NCBI RefSeq assembly: GCF_006345805.1
Contig: NC_043006.1
Coordinates: 22,754,001-22,818,000 of the forward strand
Direction of reading: 5' to 3'
DNA: 64,000 bases
Source: Octopus sinensis
Lineage: Eukaryota
A model generated the notes under the pieces. It made no database searches and was not told the DNA's origin. It was given only the letters and a program-made list of their open reading frames with translations. Positions within the stretch are counted from its first letter, which is position 1; the number at the start of each line of letters is the position of its first letter. Shown piece by piece: positions 1 to 13,690 of this stretch. Position numbers and translations under genes: made by a program.

Positions 1-617
1 GCTGCAACAGAGACTACGAAGCCATGGCCGACAGGTGTTCTGGTTGCATCTTCATGCTGGAATTCATCCCCACATCTTTGAAGAAGGTCTTAGGCTCAAT
101 TCAGACAGCAATATGAAGCGGCTGGAGAGTGGTCAATCCCCAGGTTGCTGGCGGAAGGCCATATGTGTGGCAGCAGGATTTGGTTCCCTGTCATACCTGC
201 TGAAAGAGTCAGAAGTGGTCGTTGGAGAATTTCTACAACTTCACCATCCCCAAATTCTGGCCTCCCTACCTCCCCTAATTGTCATCTCATTGATTACTAA
301 GTGTGGGGCACAGTTGAGAAAGACACCAACCATTCTGCCTCTAAAACCAAGGCCAAGCTGGTATCCAAGATAAAAAAAAAAAAAAGAAACAGATGTTCAA
401 AGATCTTCCCAAGGACACAGGGAAGAATACATGTGCCAGATTCTTGGGCTGTCTTGAGGCCATTGGTGGAAGCTGCTAGTGGTTACTTTGAGTAAACTTT
501 TCCAGTTATAATCTAGTTGATATTTTTTTATCTTTTAAAATACTTTCATTTTTGGATGGGATATTGTGTTTTCTGTTCCTGTTATACAAACTATCCAATT
601 TATCCTGAACACCCTGT
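1..617 (+). mobile_element. Tc1/mariner-superfamily (maT/DD37D-like) transposon relic, 3' part
   Basis: Degenerate, frameshifted transposase with GRPYVWQQD, a decayed WPPxSPDxxxLDYxVWG and C-terminal VEAASGYFE* (stop at 495). It ends in CACCCTG-TA at about 610-618, a typical TIR end. Confidence 0.75.
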
Positions 618-861
618 ATATGTGGGTGTTACTGTCTTGTTGCCATGGGATCATGTAATAGTTGTAAGCTAGTGTAACTGTCATATCAACAGTGTCCTTT
701 GTTTCCAGTCATCCATGTCTGGTCTTATGGAATATTGCCTCTTTTGGAAACAGGTTAGGGTTGGCAATAGGAAGGACATCGGGTCATAGAAAATCCACCT
801 CAACAAAATCTCATTTGTCACTTGCAAGTATGGAAAAGTGGATGTTAAACTGATAGTGTTT

Positions 862-892
<31 letters not shown>

Positions 893-908
893 TACATATA
901 TATATATA

Positions 909-2043
909 TCTCTTATTATAAAAGGCAGATTTTATCTGCCTCCCTTTGGGAGTTATACAAATCTACAATATAGGATTTCTTCAATTACAATTTACCTAGC
1001 AATTTTAAGAGTACAATGCATCGCGGCATGCCAGGTCCAGTTTTTAAAATTTAAACTCCATTAAGCAAAATTTACAGAAAACTCACATTCTGGTGTGTGT
1101 GTCAATGCTTTTCTTAGTCTGGTTTACACCACACGCAAACGCACACACACACAAAGGGAGCGAATTGTTTCACTGACGCTATCACCCTTCTCCTCCTTTG
1201 TCTTTGCAAGTTGGCAGCTATTAAAGTGAAAACAGTGAATCCGACAACGATAAAGAAAACGAATTGGTACCTGAATGGAGTGAAAATTTAAAAACTGTTT
1301 CTTTCGGTGAGTTTTCTGAAGAAACTGGACCAAGCCACAGACTTTCCCAGAAGAGTAAAGCCTTAGACTATTCTATTTACTTTTTCGAATGAGCCTATTT
1401 GAAATCATTACGCTAAACGTAAACAAACCGAAAGAAAGGATAGTTTGTTATTTCCCACAATCTTAAATGAAATTAAGGCCTATTTTGCCATAAATATTAT
1501 TATGGGTATCAGAAGTTACCCAGAATAACAAATTCTATTGTAAAATTTTGTTGTATACCCAATTGAATATTAGCTAATAACCCATTTTCTATAGCGATGT
1601 TTGAACAAAATTTTAATAATTTTACAGAAAGTTACCCAGAATAACAAATTCTATCGTAAAATTTTGTTGTATACCCAATTGAATATTAGCTAATAACCCA
1701 TTTTCTATAGCGATGTTGAACAAAATTTTAATAATTTTACAGAAAGTTACCCAGAATAACAAACGAGCCCTTCTGGGTATTAGCGCGCGTCTACGATGAG
1801 TCTAACGATTTAAAAAAAAATTACCATCATATTTTTCCATTTTAATGCATTTTTTTCGCTTTTATAAAGGGAAGTAACTCTCTAAAAATATCTACGATGT
1901 GTCAACGATTTAAAGAAAAATTTACCTTAATTTTTTTTTCAATTTTTAATGCATTTTTTTGCTACTTTTTGGCTATAACTCTCTAAAAATGCTTATATAG
2001 TTATTTCCCTTACAATCCGAGCAACGCCGGGCGATACTGCTAG
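909..2043 (+). mobile_element. Non-autonomous Helitron
   Basis: 5' TC, 3' CTAG, inserted between A and T inside (TA)n. GC-rich subterminal CCGAGCAACGCCGGGCG. Internal ~116-bp tandem repeat (about 1511-1762). The 3' end is shared with 42811-43183. Confidence 0.8.
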
Positions 2044-2075
<32 letters not shown>

Positions 2076-2325
2076 TATTTATATATACATATATATATGT
2101 GTATATATATGTATATATATATTTTATCAATGGCCAGCATATTAAAAAATACCTTTAACGGTTAAAATTATAAACAACTTATAAATAAGGGCAGACGAAA
2201 AAATTTCTAATGCCAAATATGCCGAAAATTAAGACATAATTGTCCATAACCATATAATTTTACACAATACGCATGCTACTCGAAAAAAAGCCGACAGAAA
2301 TTTCTTAAAAATTCCATTATTACCA

Positions 2326-2378
2326 TATCAGACCGATTTCAGGGTTAGTTCGTAAGGACCCTCCCTTTGTCAGTGATA
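2326..2378 (-). ncRNA. Degenerate minimal type I hammerhead ribozyme (Penelope/retrozyme-like end)
   Basis: Minus strand UAUCA-CUGACAA-AGGG...CCCU-GAAA-UCGGUC-UGAUA. Stems I and II pair; core G8 is changed to A. Confidence 0.6.
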
Positions 2379-2436
2379 AATGTGGCAAAGAAATAAATGA
2401 AATACTTACTCATACCCATGGGAGTTTAAGTTGTTT

Positions 2437-2468
<32 letters not shown>

Positions 2469-2781
2469 CTATATATGTATGTGTGTGTTTGTGTCTATAT
2501 ATATATATATAGATGGGTATGGCTTTGCAGTTAGAGTGTTGGACTCTTGATCATAAGACTGGTTTCAATTCCTGAATCAGTTGACACATTGTGTCCTTGA
2601 GAAAAAACACTTCATTTCAATATTGCTCCAGTTCACTCAACTGGCAAATACGAGTAATCCTGCAGCGGATCGGCATCCTGTCCAGGTGGAGAATATACAT
2701 GCCACAGGAACAGAGAAATCAGCCTTATGTGTCCATATGATTCGGGAAGGATCTTGATCACTTTCTTTTTATTATGTACAT

Positions 2782-3172
2782 AGGCGCAGGAATGGCTGTG
2801 TGGTAAGTAGCTTGCTTACCAACCACATGGTTCCGGTTCAGTCCCACTGCGTGGCATCTTGGGCAAGTGTCTTCTGCTATAGCCCTGGGCCGACCAATGC
2901 CTTGTGAGTGGATTTGGTAGACGGAAACTGAAAGAAGCCCATCGTATATATGTATATATATATATGTATGTGTGTGTGTTTGTGTGTCTGTCCCCCTAGC
3001 ATTGCTTGACAGCCAATGCTGGTGTGTTTACATCCTCGTCATTAGCGGTTCGGCAAAAGAGACCAATAGAATAAGTACTAGGCTTACAAAGAATAAGTCC
3101 CAGGGTTGATTCGCTCGAATAAAGGTGGTGCTCTAGTATGGCCGCAGTCAAATGACTGAAACAAGTAAAAGG
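2782..3172 (+). mobile_element. tRNA-derived SINE family A (~410 bp)
   Basis: Head GGCGCAGGA(G)TGGCTGTGTGGTAAG...GGTTCAGTCCC (A/B-box-like), central (TA)/(TG) tract, tail ...GACTGAAACAAGTAAAAG. More than ten copies in the window. Confidence 0.85.
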
Positions 3173-3189
3173 GTATATATTTATATATA

Positions 3190-4091
3190 TTGGGTCATCC
3201 CATAAATAATGCGGATTTTATATACTTCTTTTATTTTTCTAAATTAAGATAAACAAGGTTCTTTTTTAATCTAAAATATAATCTCCTTCATTTTATACAA
3301 TGCTCTTCTATCACTCTGGTAGACTTGCATGACTCCTCTTCCAAAATTCATTTGTCCATCATGAAAAATACTCTTCCAATACTGTTCTGATCTCGTCTAC
3401 AGAATTCATATTCTTTTCCATCCAAATGATTTTGAAGACTGCGGAATAAATGATAATCAGATGGGGGTAATGTCTGGTGAATATTGTGGGTGGGGCATTG
3501 TTTTCCATTCAAACTTCTCCAGCCATTGGAATGTTATCCTCACTCTGTGTGGCCGAACACTATCCTGATGTAAGAACACCTTTCGTCTTGAAACCAAAGA
3601 TTGTAGTTTTTCTTCTAGGGCTGACTTCAATGAATGGTTGAATGACCAAATCCAAGCACCTCTCCTAATTCTTCAACAATTATGATGGGATTTTCTTCCA
3701 CCAGGGTTTGCAGGATGTCCTTGTCGAGCTCCACAGATTTTCCAGGACAAAGCTTGTCTTCTAGGCTGTAGTTTCTGGCTTGGAATTTCTGGAACCACTG
3801 TTGACACTGGCTTACGCTTATTGTCCAATCCCCATATAGTGCATTAATATTCCTCGCATTTTATGTTGCATTGTTGCCTTTATTGAACTCATAAAGCAAA
3901 ATATGCTCCTTTGTCACTTCCATTATAGCTTTGAAAAAATACCTGTTAAAATCGAATTGCACTCTTCAAAACTTGCAGTAAGATTAAGTACAAGGTAACA
4001 TTACTATGTTCTTTTATAGCAAGTTGATAAAGGTAGTTTATCCCATCCCCTCCTCTGACTTTTACTTCATGCAATATTTATGGGATGACCT

Positions 4092-4093
<2 letters not shown>
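3190..4093 (-). mobile_element. Internally deleted mariner (DD34D-type) relic
   Basis: TIRs TTGGGTCATCCCATAAATAATGC and GCAATATTTATGGGATGACC, flanked by TA. Minus strand shows PHPQYSPD and SDYHLFRSLQNHL remnants with stops and frameshifts. Confidence 0.8.
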
Positions 4094-4133
<40 letters not shown>

Positions 4134-4135
4134 TA

Positions 4136-4408
4136 AGGCCGAAAATGTTGCTAGAAGCTGGGATCACCAAGCGTAGATTGGCATATTTCGGTCATATTAT
4201 GCGGAGAGAGTCCCTGGAGAAGGACATCATGCTCAGAATGGTCAGTGGCAAGAGAGGAAGAGGCCGACCAAGAACCTGCTGGCTTGACACCATCAGGAGT
4301 GATACCAGAATGGACATGGCCAGTCTGAAGGAAGCGGCCCAGGATAGAACTGACTGGAGGACACTGATCCAACGAGTGACCGAGAGTCGACTTCAACTGA
4401 GCGGATAG
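4136..4408 (+). mobile_element. 5'-truncated RTE-clade LINE, 3' end
   Basis: RRLAYFGHIMRRESLEKDIML..GKRGRGRPRTCWLDTI..DRTDWR, the typical RTE ORF C-terminus. Inserted in a (GA)n tract. Confidence 0.85.
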
Positions 4409-4474
4409 AGAGAGAGATATGTAATATATATTAGATATATATATATCTAATATATATGTAATATATATATTCGA

Positions 4475-4940
4475 TGACTGGCATCTGTACTAGTGGAGCA
4501 CTAAGAGTACCATACGAGCGTGATCGTTGCCAGAGCAACAAGCTGGCCTCTGTTCCAGTGGCGCATAAAAAGCACCATTTGAGCGTGATTGTTACCTGCG
4601 TCGCCTTACTGGCACTTGGGCTGGTGACACATGAGAAAACATTCGAGCGAGGTCATTGCCAGTGCTGCTGGACTGGCTCCTGTGCAGGTGGCACATAAAA
4701 AGCACCATTTGAGCATGACCGTTGCCAGTACCGCCTGACTGGCCCTCGTACCAGTGGCATGTAAAAGCACCCACTACACTCTCAGAGTGGTTGGTGTTAG
4801 GAAGGGCATTCAACTGTAGAAACTCTGCCAGATCAGATTGGAGTCTGGTGCAGCCATCTGGTTCGCCAGACCTCAGTCAAATCGTCCAAACCATGCTAGC
4901 ATGGAAAGCGGACGTTAAACGATGATGATGATGATGATGA
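4475..4940 (+). mobile_element. SINE-like family C with RTE-type 3' tail and (GAT)n end
   Basis: Ends CCATGCTAGCATGGAAAGCGGACGTTAAACGATGATG, with internal tandem subrepeats. Related copies at about 5950, 12800, 14441, 19170, 28462, 48950, 52120, 57338, 59566 and 60310. Confidence 0.75.
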
Positions 4941-6718
4941 TATATATAATATATATATATATTTATATATATATATATTAATAGTTATCGCCAAGCTAAC
5001 ATAGCAGTCCAGGAAAATAGGACGAATGCTGCCATTGATTAGCTCCAAGAGGCCATCACCTCTAGCTAGCTATGTGACACACGAACCTGTGTCCATTATA
5101 ACCTTCGAACAGGGGAGGTCAGCAGCTTCCCCTGCTGGTTCAACATCCACAGACTAGTTTTTGGGTTGAAACTAGTCTGTGGATGTTGATTGGATCAACT
5201 GGAACCCTCATCATCATAACCAGCGGAGTGCCACGATAAATAGATTTATATGTATGTGTATATATATATATATATATATGTATATAGCCACAGTGGCTGT
5301 GTGGTAAAAGGCTTGCTTCCCAACCACATAGTTTCAGGCTCAGTCCCACTGTGTAGCACCTTGGGCAAGTGTCTTCTACAATTGCCTCAAGCCAACCAAA
5401 GCCTTACAAGTGTATTTGGTAGACAGAAACTGAATGAAGCCTGTTGTATATATATATATTTATATATATACATGTGTGTGTGTGTGTATGTGTCTGTGTT
5501 TGTTCTCTTCATCATCGCTTGACAACCGATGTTGGTGTGTTTACATCTCCATAACTTACCAGTTCAGCAAAAGAGAGAGAGAGAGAGATACAAGGCCAGT
5601 CTTAAGAGGTGCAGGGCCCAATTGGGAACAATTTTGTTGGGCTCCAGGCCCCCAGTCAGCTTGCACCAAGGTCTGTAGAATTATAAAAATATAAAAATCA
5701 TAAAAATGTAAAAATCCCACCATTGAAACTATGATACCGTCAGGTGCCACATAAAAGCGTTCAGTCCACGCTGTAAAGTGGTGGTATTAGGAAGGGCCCG
5801 CCGAGGTCGACTTTGCCTTTCATCCTTTAGGGGTCGATTAAATAAGTACCAGTTACGCACTGGTGTCGATATAATCGACTTCATTCATTTGTCTTTCCTT
5901 GTTTGTCCTCTCTGTGTTTAGCCCCTTGTGGGTAGTAAAGAAATAGGTATTAGGAAGGGCATCCAGCCACAGAAAACATGCCAAACCAGACGGGTGCCAG
6001 ACGTAGCCCCTGGGTTGTTGGCCCCTGTCAAACCGTCCAATACATGCCAGCATGGAAAACGGACATTAAAGGATGGTGATATGTATATATGTGTGTGTGG
6101 TAACTATATACAACATGGATAATTTGTTAATAAAATCTTCTGCATTTACATTTCAGATGGTATAGATTACAATTATATCAGAATTCGTTGCGTAAAGTAT
6201 TTTTCTCTCTCTTTTAAATAAACTCAAAGGTAGCCAGTCTTCAATGTGGTTGTTTTGGTATGCTAGAAATAGCAATTATTAGGCATAAAAAACAGCGGCT
6301 ATTCTGATCTCCTAATACAATGCAAAAGACCTGAGCTTGGTTGATAGCACACCAAAAAAAAAAAAAAAACAAGGAAAAAAAAACTCTGAGGTGAAGGGGT
6401 GATTCCAAGGTTCCACACACCTCTGATTTCACTGGAAAAAAAGTCATTTGTGGTAATATTAGGAGATGAGATTAGTTGATAGCACAAGAAAAAAGTAAAC
6501 GAGGAAAAACATTATTTCTCACCAAAATCGAGTTGGGTGTTGTTAAACTACAAATTCAAACTACATCTAAACTACGTGTTTTAAAAATATTCTGGCAAAA
6601 ATCAGAAATAAATTTAACAAAATTCCAAAGAAACTTTTATTTGTTGCATATTGTTATGCTAAAAGAGATATACATAAAATGCAAATTAATAATAATTATT
6701 AATTAAAATTTTTCAGAA

Positions 6719-6885
6719 GCTAGGAGTGGCTGTGTGGTAAGTAGCTTGCTAACCAACCACATGGTTCCGGGTTCAGTCCCACTGCGTGGCATCTTGGGCA
6801 AGTGTCTTCTGCTATAGCCCCGGGCCAACCAATGCCTTGTGAGTGGATTTGGTAGACGGAAACTGAAAGAAGCCTGTCGTATATA

Positions 6886-6931
<46 letters not shown>

Positions 6932-7143
6932 TGTGTGTGTTTGTGTGTCTGTGTTTGTCCCCCTAGCATTGCTTGACAACCGATGCTGGTGTGTTTATGT
7001 CCCTGTTACTTAGCAGTTCGACAAAAGAGACTGATAGAATAAGTACTGGGCTTACAAAAGAATAAGTCCTGGGGTCGAGTTGCTCGATTAAAAGGCGGTG
7101 CTCCAGCATGGCCACAGTCAAATGACTGAAACAGGTAAAAGAG
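6719..7143 (+). mobile_element. SINE family A
   Basis: Near full-length match to 2782-3172. Confidence 0.85.
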
Positions 7144-7708
7144 TATACTTATTATTATTATTTTTTTTTCTGTAAGCTCTGTTGTAAGACACAGTCCTGT
7201 CTGTGTGGCAGGAACTTTGTTTCTTAGCTATATGTTTCTGGATTTAGCACCATTGTGTGACACCAAATGTCTCCTACTATAGCCCCATCTATGTGTGTGT
7301 TTGGCTGTGTGTTTGTTCTTGTCCAAAACCTGAATGGTTGCCTTTGCAAAGAGATTTCCTCTTTTGAACAAGTGATAAGAAATTTTATCGCACCTCCCCC
7401 ATCTTTCTCTCTCCCACCATATACACACACACACACATACATTTGCATGCGTGTGTGTATGTATACAATTCCTTCCAAAATATACATATACATGCAATTA
7501 TACACATAAATACAAAGACCTCAACCAAACAACCACTGTCAAAAATAACTGAACTTTTAAACTTTAACCATTGTAGCCAAAATATTGAGTACTGAATTCT
7601 TTTACACATACACATCCATTTAGCCATTTGCTTCTATTTTTTTTTTTTTTTGGCTTTCTTTAATACATACATACATATATACATATATATTTTATATCTA
7701 TCTATCTA

Positions 7709-7753
<45 letters not shown>

Positions 7754-8136
7754 TATATATATAATAAAACTTTACATATATAAATAACGTGAAATACACG
7801 AAGGGACGAACATAAAAAACAGACGGGTCATTCAAAGCCTTCAGTCTTCAGTCAGAAACCGATTCATCATTGCAAATTTCGGCTGTTTAATTCTGAGATT
7901 TGCTCTGAGTCAGCCAGCCCCAGAAGGAAAGAATGCAAACGCAACAGAGACGAACATGAAACGAAAAAAAACTTTTTGAAGACAGTAACGGTACACACAT
8001 ATATATATGTATATGTATATACTGTGGACAAGGCTGCATGGCATTCAATTATAAAAATAAATAAAAGATACACATTAAGTAAAGGAGATAAGTCCTGTAC
8101 TTAATATGTATTTTTTATTTATGATAAATATATATC

Positions 8137-8540
8137 TCTTTTATCTCTTTTACTTGTTTCAGTCATTTGACTGCTGCCATGCTGGAGCACCACCTTTAGT
8201 CGAGCAAAGCGACCCTGGGACTTATTCTTTGTAAGCCCAGTACTTATTCTATCGGTCTCTTTTGCCGAACCGCTAAGTTACGGGGACGTAAACACACCAG
8301 CATCGGTTGTCAAGCAATGCTAGGGGGACAAACACAGACACACAAACATATACACACACATACATATACATATATACGACAGGCTTCTTTCAGTTTCCGT
8401 CTACCAAATCCACTCACAAGGCATTGGTCGGCCCGGGGCTATAGCAGAAGACACTTGCCCAAGATGCCACGCAGTGGGACTGAACCCGGAACTATGTGGT
8501 TGGTAAGCAAGCTACTTACCACACAGCCACTCCTGCGCCT
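8137..8540 (-). mobile_element. SINE family A
   Basis: Full-length reverse-complement copy. Confidence 0.85.
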
Positions 8541-9553
8541 ATATATATATATATATAAAATACACTTTATTGAAATAAAAGTTTCCCCAAAATTAAACAT
8601 ATTTATAGAAACTGAAGCACACAAAACATATACATAGAATTCACTCACATGTATAGTTTCGCAGACACACAAATATTTTACCCAAACATCGCCATAAACA
8701 CTACCAAACATTCACTTGCAAACATACATATTGACCCTCACACTAAAAATACAATAAATTTCTTTAAATTCAGCAACTGACCCAAGCAGAGAGGACAAAC
8801 AAGGACAGACAAATGGATGAAGTCGATTATATCGACACCAGTGTGTAACTGGTACTTGACCCCCGAAAGGATGATAATGCACTGTTGTGCTGGCTGGCAG
8901 AAAGGAACCGATGCCATAGTATGAAGTCTTTTGACAAGTCTTTTTAATCCTCCAACTGAACGTCACACTTTTCCTTAGGTTGTATATGTTCTGTTGTCAA
9001 CAATAGCTGTACCATAATTTTCAAGGGGTTGATCCCCATCGCTTCTTTGATGGCTGACTAGGCCTGCATGACTGAAGCATTTCCTACTACAAAGATATGT
9101 GGACAGAAACACACACGCATATATATAGAGTGAGAGAGAGAGATTTTGAAGTGATGTACTGATATTGTATATTTAGAGTAATAAGGGAGTTGGAATTTTG
9201 GATAACTATATATATTTTTATCTATATTTTATTTACCACAGTTTAGTGCTTTTTTCCGTTATTGGATTTACCAAAAAGGGTTTTAAAGTTAAGTTTCTTG
9301 GCCTTTTCATATATAAAAATTGTGGGGTTTGTCAAGCAAGGGAGAAGAAAGAAGGAAAAAGTTTGCCACTGGCAAATTTTCTGTAAAATATGGAGAGTTT
9401 ATCCTGTTCATGCTATTCTGCATTTGAGAACAAATTATTTCTTTATCTGCATCATATATATATAGGGAAAGTTTACGAAAAAACAAAAGACGAAGAGAGG
9501 TGGTGTACAAAACAAACAGATGTATTAGTATAACGCTCAGGAACAGAAAAAGT

Positions 9554-9589
9554 CTTTTACATTTCGAGCCTACGCTCTTCTACAGAAAG
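9554..9589 (-). ncRNA. Degenerate minimal hammerhead ribozyme in a Penelope-like terminal repeat (about 9464-9660)
   Basis: Minus strand CUUU-CUGUAGA-A-GAGC-guag-GCUC-GAAA-UGUA-AAAG. Core A6 is changed to U. A related copy with similar flank lies at about 27009-27110. Confidence 0.6.
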
Positions 9590-9917
9590 GGACACAGAAA
9601 AAACAAGGAGAGAAAAAAATGTGTGTAGTGGCTAACGATCTATCATGGCGACTAGTGCCAGACTATATATATATCAGAACTAAAGAAGATTCAGGTGTAG
9701 AAGCAAGGTCTAGAATTGAAGGGCCTTGTTTTAGTAAGTAGGAAAGCAGACAATTCACAAATCTCTTCAGTTAGATGTCCCTGGTCTATCTGTAGAAAAG
9801 GCATTGGTAGAAATTAACAGGGAAAAGAATTTTTGTGTGTGGAGGGTGCATAGGTACAATTAACACTAAAAATGTACAGAAAATAGATTCCATCATGTGC
9901 CAGAATTGAAAACTCTG

Positions 9918-9965
9918 TTGTATATATATATATATATATGTATGTATTGTATGTGTGTATATATG

Positions 9966-10056
<91 letters not shown>

Positions 10057-10126
10057 GTATATATATGTGTATATATGTGTATATATATGTATATATATAT
10101 GTATATATATATATATAATATATATA

Positions 10127-10172
<46 letters not shown>

Positions 10173-10226
10173 GTGTATATATGTGTATATATATGTATAT
10201 ATATGTATATATATATGTATATATAT

Positions 10227-10270
<44 letters not shown>
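9918..10270. repeat. Long (TA)n/(TG)n microsatellite
   Basis: Directly visible; source of the YI-rich pseudo-ORFs. Confidence 0.95.
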
Positions 10271-10271
<1 letters not shown>

Positions 10272-11044
10272 TAATTAATGCATTTATTGCTCACTAACAT
10301 TAATCAATAATTTCTGTAACCATGGTGACCAAGTATGTGAAATTTGCAGTGTTAGTGTTACTCCACCACCACCACCACTACCAAGACTACTAAAGTATAC
10401 CATAGATATACATCGACAATGTGTTGTACTGATGACATAGTTGTCATACAGGGGAAGTTATAACTAATTGATAAATGAGATATCTACAGTCGGTCGGCTG
10501 GTGGCTGGTCTGTTGGATGTCTAAATTGCATTTGCGTGGGTGTGGGTGGGTGTGGGGGGTGCTCGCGCGTGAAACTAGTTTAGATGAGTCAGGAAGTTAT
10601 CAGAAAATGTTTCTGGTTGTTGTTTAGCCCCTGACCGATCTTGTCTTTGCCGACCTGTTAAAACTATTTAATCTGTGGCTACCCCATCTTTTATGCTAAC
10701 ATACTGTATAAATAGAACCCAGAACTATGTGGTTCGTAAGCAAGCTACTTACCACACAGCCACTCCTACACCTAGGAGTCATTTTACTGTAGCCATGCTG
10801 GAGCACCGCCTTTAGCATCGGTTGTCAAGCGATGGTGGGGGGACAAACACAGAACTACAAACTCACACACACACACACACACACACGACAGGCTTCAGTT
10901 TCCGTCTACCAAATCTACTAACAAGGCTTTGGTCTACCCTAGGCTATAGCAGAAGACACTTTCCCAAGGTGCCACGCAGTGGGACTGAACCTGGAACCAC
11001 GTGGTTGGTCAGCAAGCTACTTACCACACAGCCTCTCCTGCTCC

Positions 11045-11076
<32 letters not shown>

Positions 11077-11079
<3 letters not shown>

Positions 11080-11550
11080 AAGTCGCATGGCCCTGTGGTT
11101 AGAGCATCGAGCTTATGATCGTGAGGTTGTGAGCTTGAATCCCAGACCGGGCTGCATGTTGTGTTCTTCACTCAGCTGTAGAAATGAGTTGCGATGTCAC
11201 AGGTGCCAAACTGTATCAGCCCCTTTGCCTTTCCCTTGGATAACATCGGTGGTGTGGAGAGGGGAGGCTGGTAAGCATGGGCGACTACTGGCCTCCCACA
11301 AACAACCTTGTCCGGACTTGTGCCTCGGAGGGTAACTTTCTAGGTGCAATTCCATGGTCATTTATGACCGAAAGGGGGTCTTCTCCTCATTGAGCTTTAC
11401 AATGTATCAGCCCTTGCCATTCCCTTGGATAACATCGGTGGCATGAAGAGGGGAGGCTGGTATGCATGGGCGACTGCTGGTCTCCCATAAAACAACCTTG
11501 CCTGGACTTGTATTTGGGAGGATAACTTTCTAGGTGCAATCCCATGGGTC
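11077..11550 (+). mobile_element. tRNA-derived SINE with tandemly duplicated 3' body
   Basis: tRNA-like head (GCATGGCCCTGTGGTTAGAGC). The TGTATCAGCCC...AGGTGCAAT..CATGG block occurs at about 11212-11360 and again at about 11403-11550. Confidence 0.65.
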
Positions 11551-12078
11551 TCAGACTGTATAAAGGAATACATTTATTAGCTGCTGGCATTCTTCTTATT
11601 TTACCCTAGGTCAGCCCTGACTGAGTAGACCTGATGACCATCTTTTCTTATATTCTTCCCGTGTATATCAAGTACTTCATTATTATTATTGTTGTTGTTG
11701 CTGCTAACCACAGGTCAGCTCTGACTGAAGAGGTCTGTAATTAAAAGTTTTCTAATTCTAAAGAAAATTAACAATGGCAACTGCTCACCTTGCTAGAAAC
11801 AGCAGTCAATTCTCCAACAGCTCACTTAACCCTGCCATTTTAGAAATGAAAGACACCTTGCATAATATGCAGTGTTAGATAAAAAGAAAACAAAAGATAG
11901 AAAAGACACTTGCCCAAGTGCTGCAAGGTAGGATTGAACCCAAAACCATGTGGTTACAAAGCAACCTTCTTAACTACACAGCCAGTGTTTTTTCTCTTTA
12001 TTTTCTTTTTATCTAACCCTGCATTGTGCGAGGTTTCCTTCATTTCTAAGATGGCAGGTTTAAATGAGCTCTCTCTCT

Positions 12079-12487
12079 CTCTCTTTTACTTGTTTCAGTC
12101 ATCTGACTGCGGCCATGCTGGAGCACCGCCTTTAGTCGAGCAAATCGACCCCGGAACTTATTCTTTGTAAGCCCAGTACTTATTCTATTGGTCTCTTTTG
12201 CCGAACCGCTAAGTGACGGGGACGTAAACACACCAGCATTGGTTGTCAAGCCATGCTAGGGGAACAGACACAGACACAGACACACAAACACGCACATACA
12301 TATATATATATATACATATATACGACAGGCTTCTTTCAGTTTCCGTCTACCAAATCCACTCACAAGGCATTGGTTGGCCCGGGGCTATAGCAGAAGACAC
12401 TTGCCCAAGATGCCACGCAGTGGGACTAAACCCGAAACCATGTGGTTGGTTAGCAAGCTACTTACCACACAGCCACTCCTGCGCCTA
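12079..12487 (-). mobile_element. SINE family A
   Basis: Full-length reverse-complement copy. Confidence 0.85.
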
Positions 12488-12953
12488 TATATATTAGCTG
12501 TTGGATAATTGGCTGCTATTTCTAGCAAGGTGAGCAAGTACCATTATTGCTTTCCTTTACAATTAGAAAACTTTTAATTACAAACCTTGTGACAATGACT
12601 CTTTCATTCTTTGGTATTTTTCAAGAGTTTACACAGTTTCCACCTATCAAACTTGCTCACAAGGCATTAGTTGGCCTGGGGCTATAGGAGAAGACATTTG
12701 CCCTAGTACTGCAAAGTAAAAACCGAACCGTAAACCATGTGGTTGCAAAACTAGTTTCATAACCATACAGCCTGTGTTTTTTTTTTTTTTTATGTAAAGG
12801 AGTTGGTGTTAGGAAGGACTTCCACCCATAGAAACCATGCCAAACCAAACTAGAGCCTGGAGCAGCTCTCCTGCTTGCCAGCTCTGGTCAATATTTCCAG
12901 CCCATGCCAGCATGGTAAATAGATGTTTGATGCTAATGATGATGCTCTCTTTA

Positions 12954-13170
12954 CTCTTTTACTCTTTTACTTGTTTCAGTCATTTGACTGTGGCCATGCT
13001 GGAGCATCGCCTTTTGTCGAGCAAATTGACCCCGGGACTTATTCTTTTTCTAAGCCCAGTACTTATTCTATCGGTCTCTTTTGCTGAATCGCTAGGTGAC
13101 AGGGATGTAAACACACCAGCATCGGTTGTCAAACAATGCTAGGGGGACAAACACAGACACACAAACATAT

Positions 13171-13213
<43 letters not shown>

Positions 13214-13363
13214 TACGACGGGCTTCTTTCAGTTTCCGTCTACCAAATCCACTCACAAGGCATTGGTTGGCCCGAGGCTATAGCAGAAGACACTTGCCCA
13301 AGATGCCACGCAGTGGGACTGAACCTGAAACCATGTGGTTGGTAAGCAAGCTACTTACCACAT
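12954..13363 (-). mobile_element. SINE family A
   Basis: Reverse-complement copy ending about 40 bp before the CA exon acceptor. Confidence 0.85.
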
Positions 13364-13405
13364 GCTACTTCTTTATTCTTCATTTTTTTTTGTTTTTTCT
13401 TTCAG

Positions 13406-13630
13406 CCCAATTTCCTGTTTATTTCCTGCATTGATAACCGTGTTCTGCCATCACACTTCACCAAAATAGATTGTGGTGATGCTTATATTGTTCGAAATGC
13501 AGGTAATCTGTTTCCTCCAAGAGATGCTATTACATTCAATTCTGTGACAGCTGAAGCTGGTGCAATCGAAGTTGCCTGTGTCCTCAACAACGTACGACAC
13601 ATATTTGTGTGTGGACATTCCGACTGCAAG
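13406..13630 (+). CDS. bca: Beta-class carbonic anhydrase, catalytic exon (internal, phase 0-0)
   Basis: Polypyrimidine-TTCAG acceptor and GTAAGT donor; 225 nt. Translates PNFLFISCIDNRVLPSHFTKIDCGDAYIVRNAGNLFPP...AGAIEVACVLNNVRHIFVCGHSDCK, with the CxDxR, RNAGN and HxxC motifs of beta-CA. Confidence 0.95.
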
Positions 13631-13690
13631 GTAAGTCCACTTCACTCACAGATCAATTTCTTTCTTTCAATAGAGCCAAGCTTGTATGAA

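Noticed and set aside
6157-6245. Good acceptor followed by LQLYQNSLRKVFFSL..NKLKGSQS, loosely like a beta-CA N-terminus
   Set aside because: All three frames hit stops; it needs frameshifts and has no clear phase-0 donor.
6703-6969. Recurrent ORF family MLGGQTQTH...RLPNPLTR...GTEPGTMWLVSKLLTT
   Set aside because: Antisense translation of SINE family A, not a gene family.
9786-10297. Several 100-160 aa YI/YT-rich ORFs (also at 22.9, 25.4, 26.8 and 32.2 kb)
   Set aside because: Translations of (TA)n/(CA)n microsatellites.
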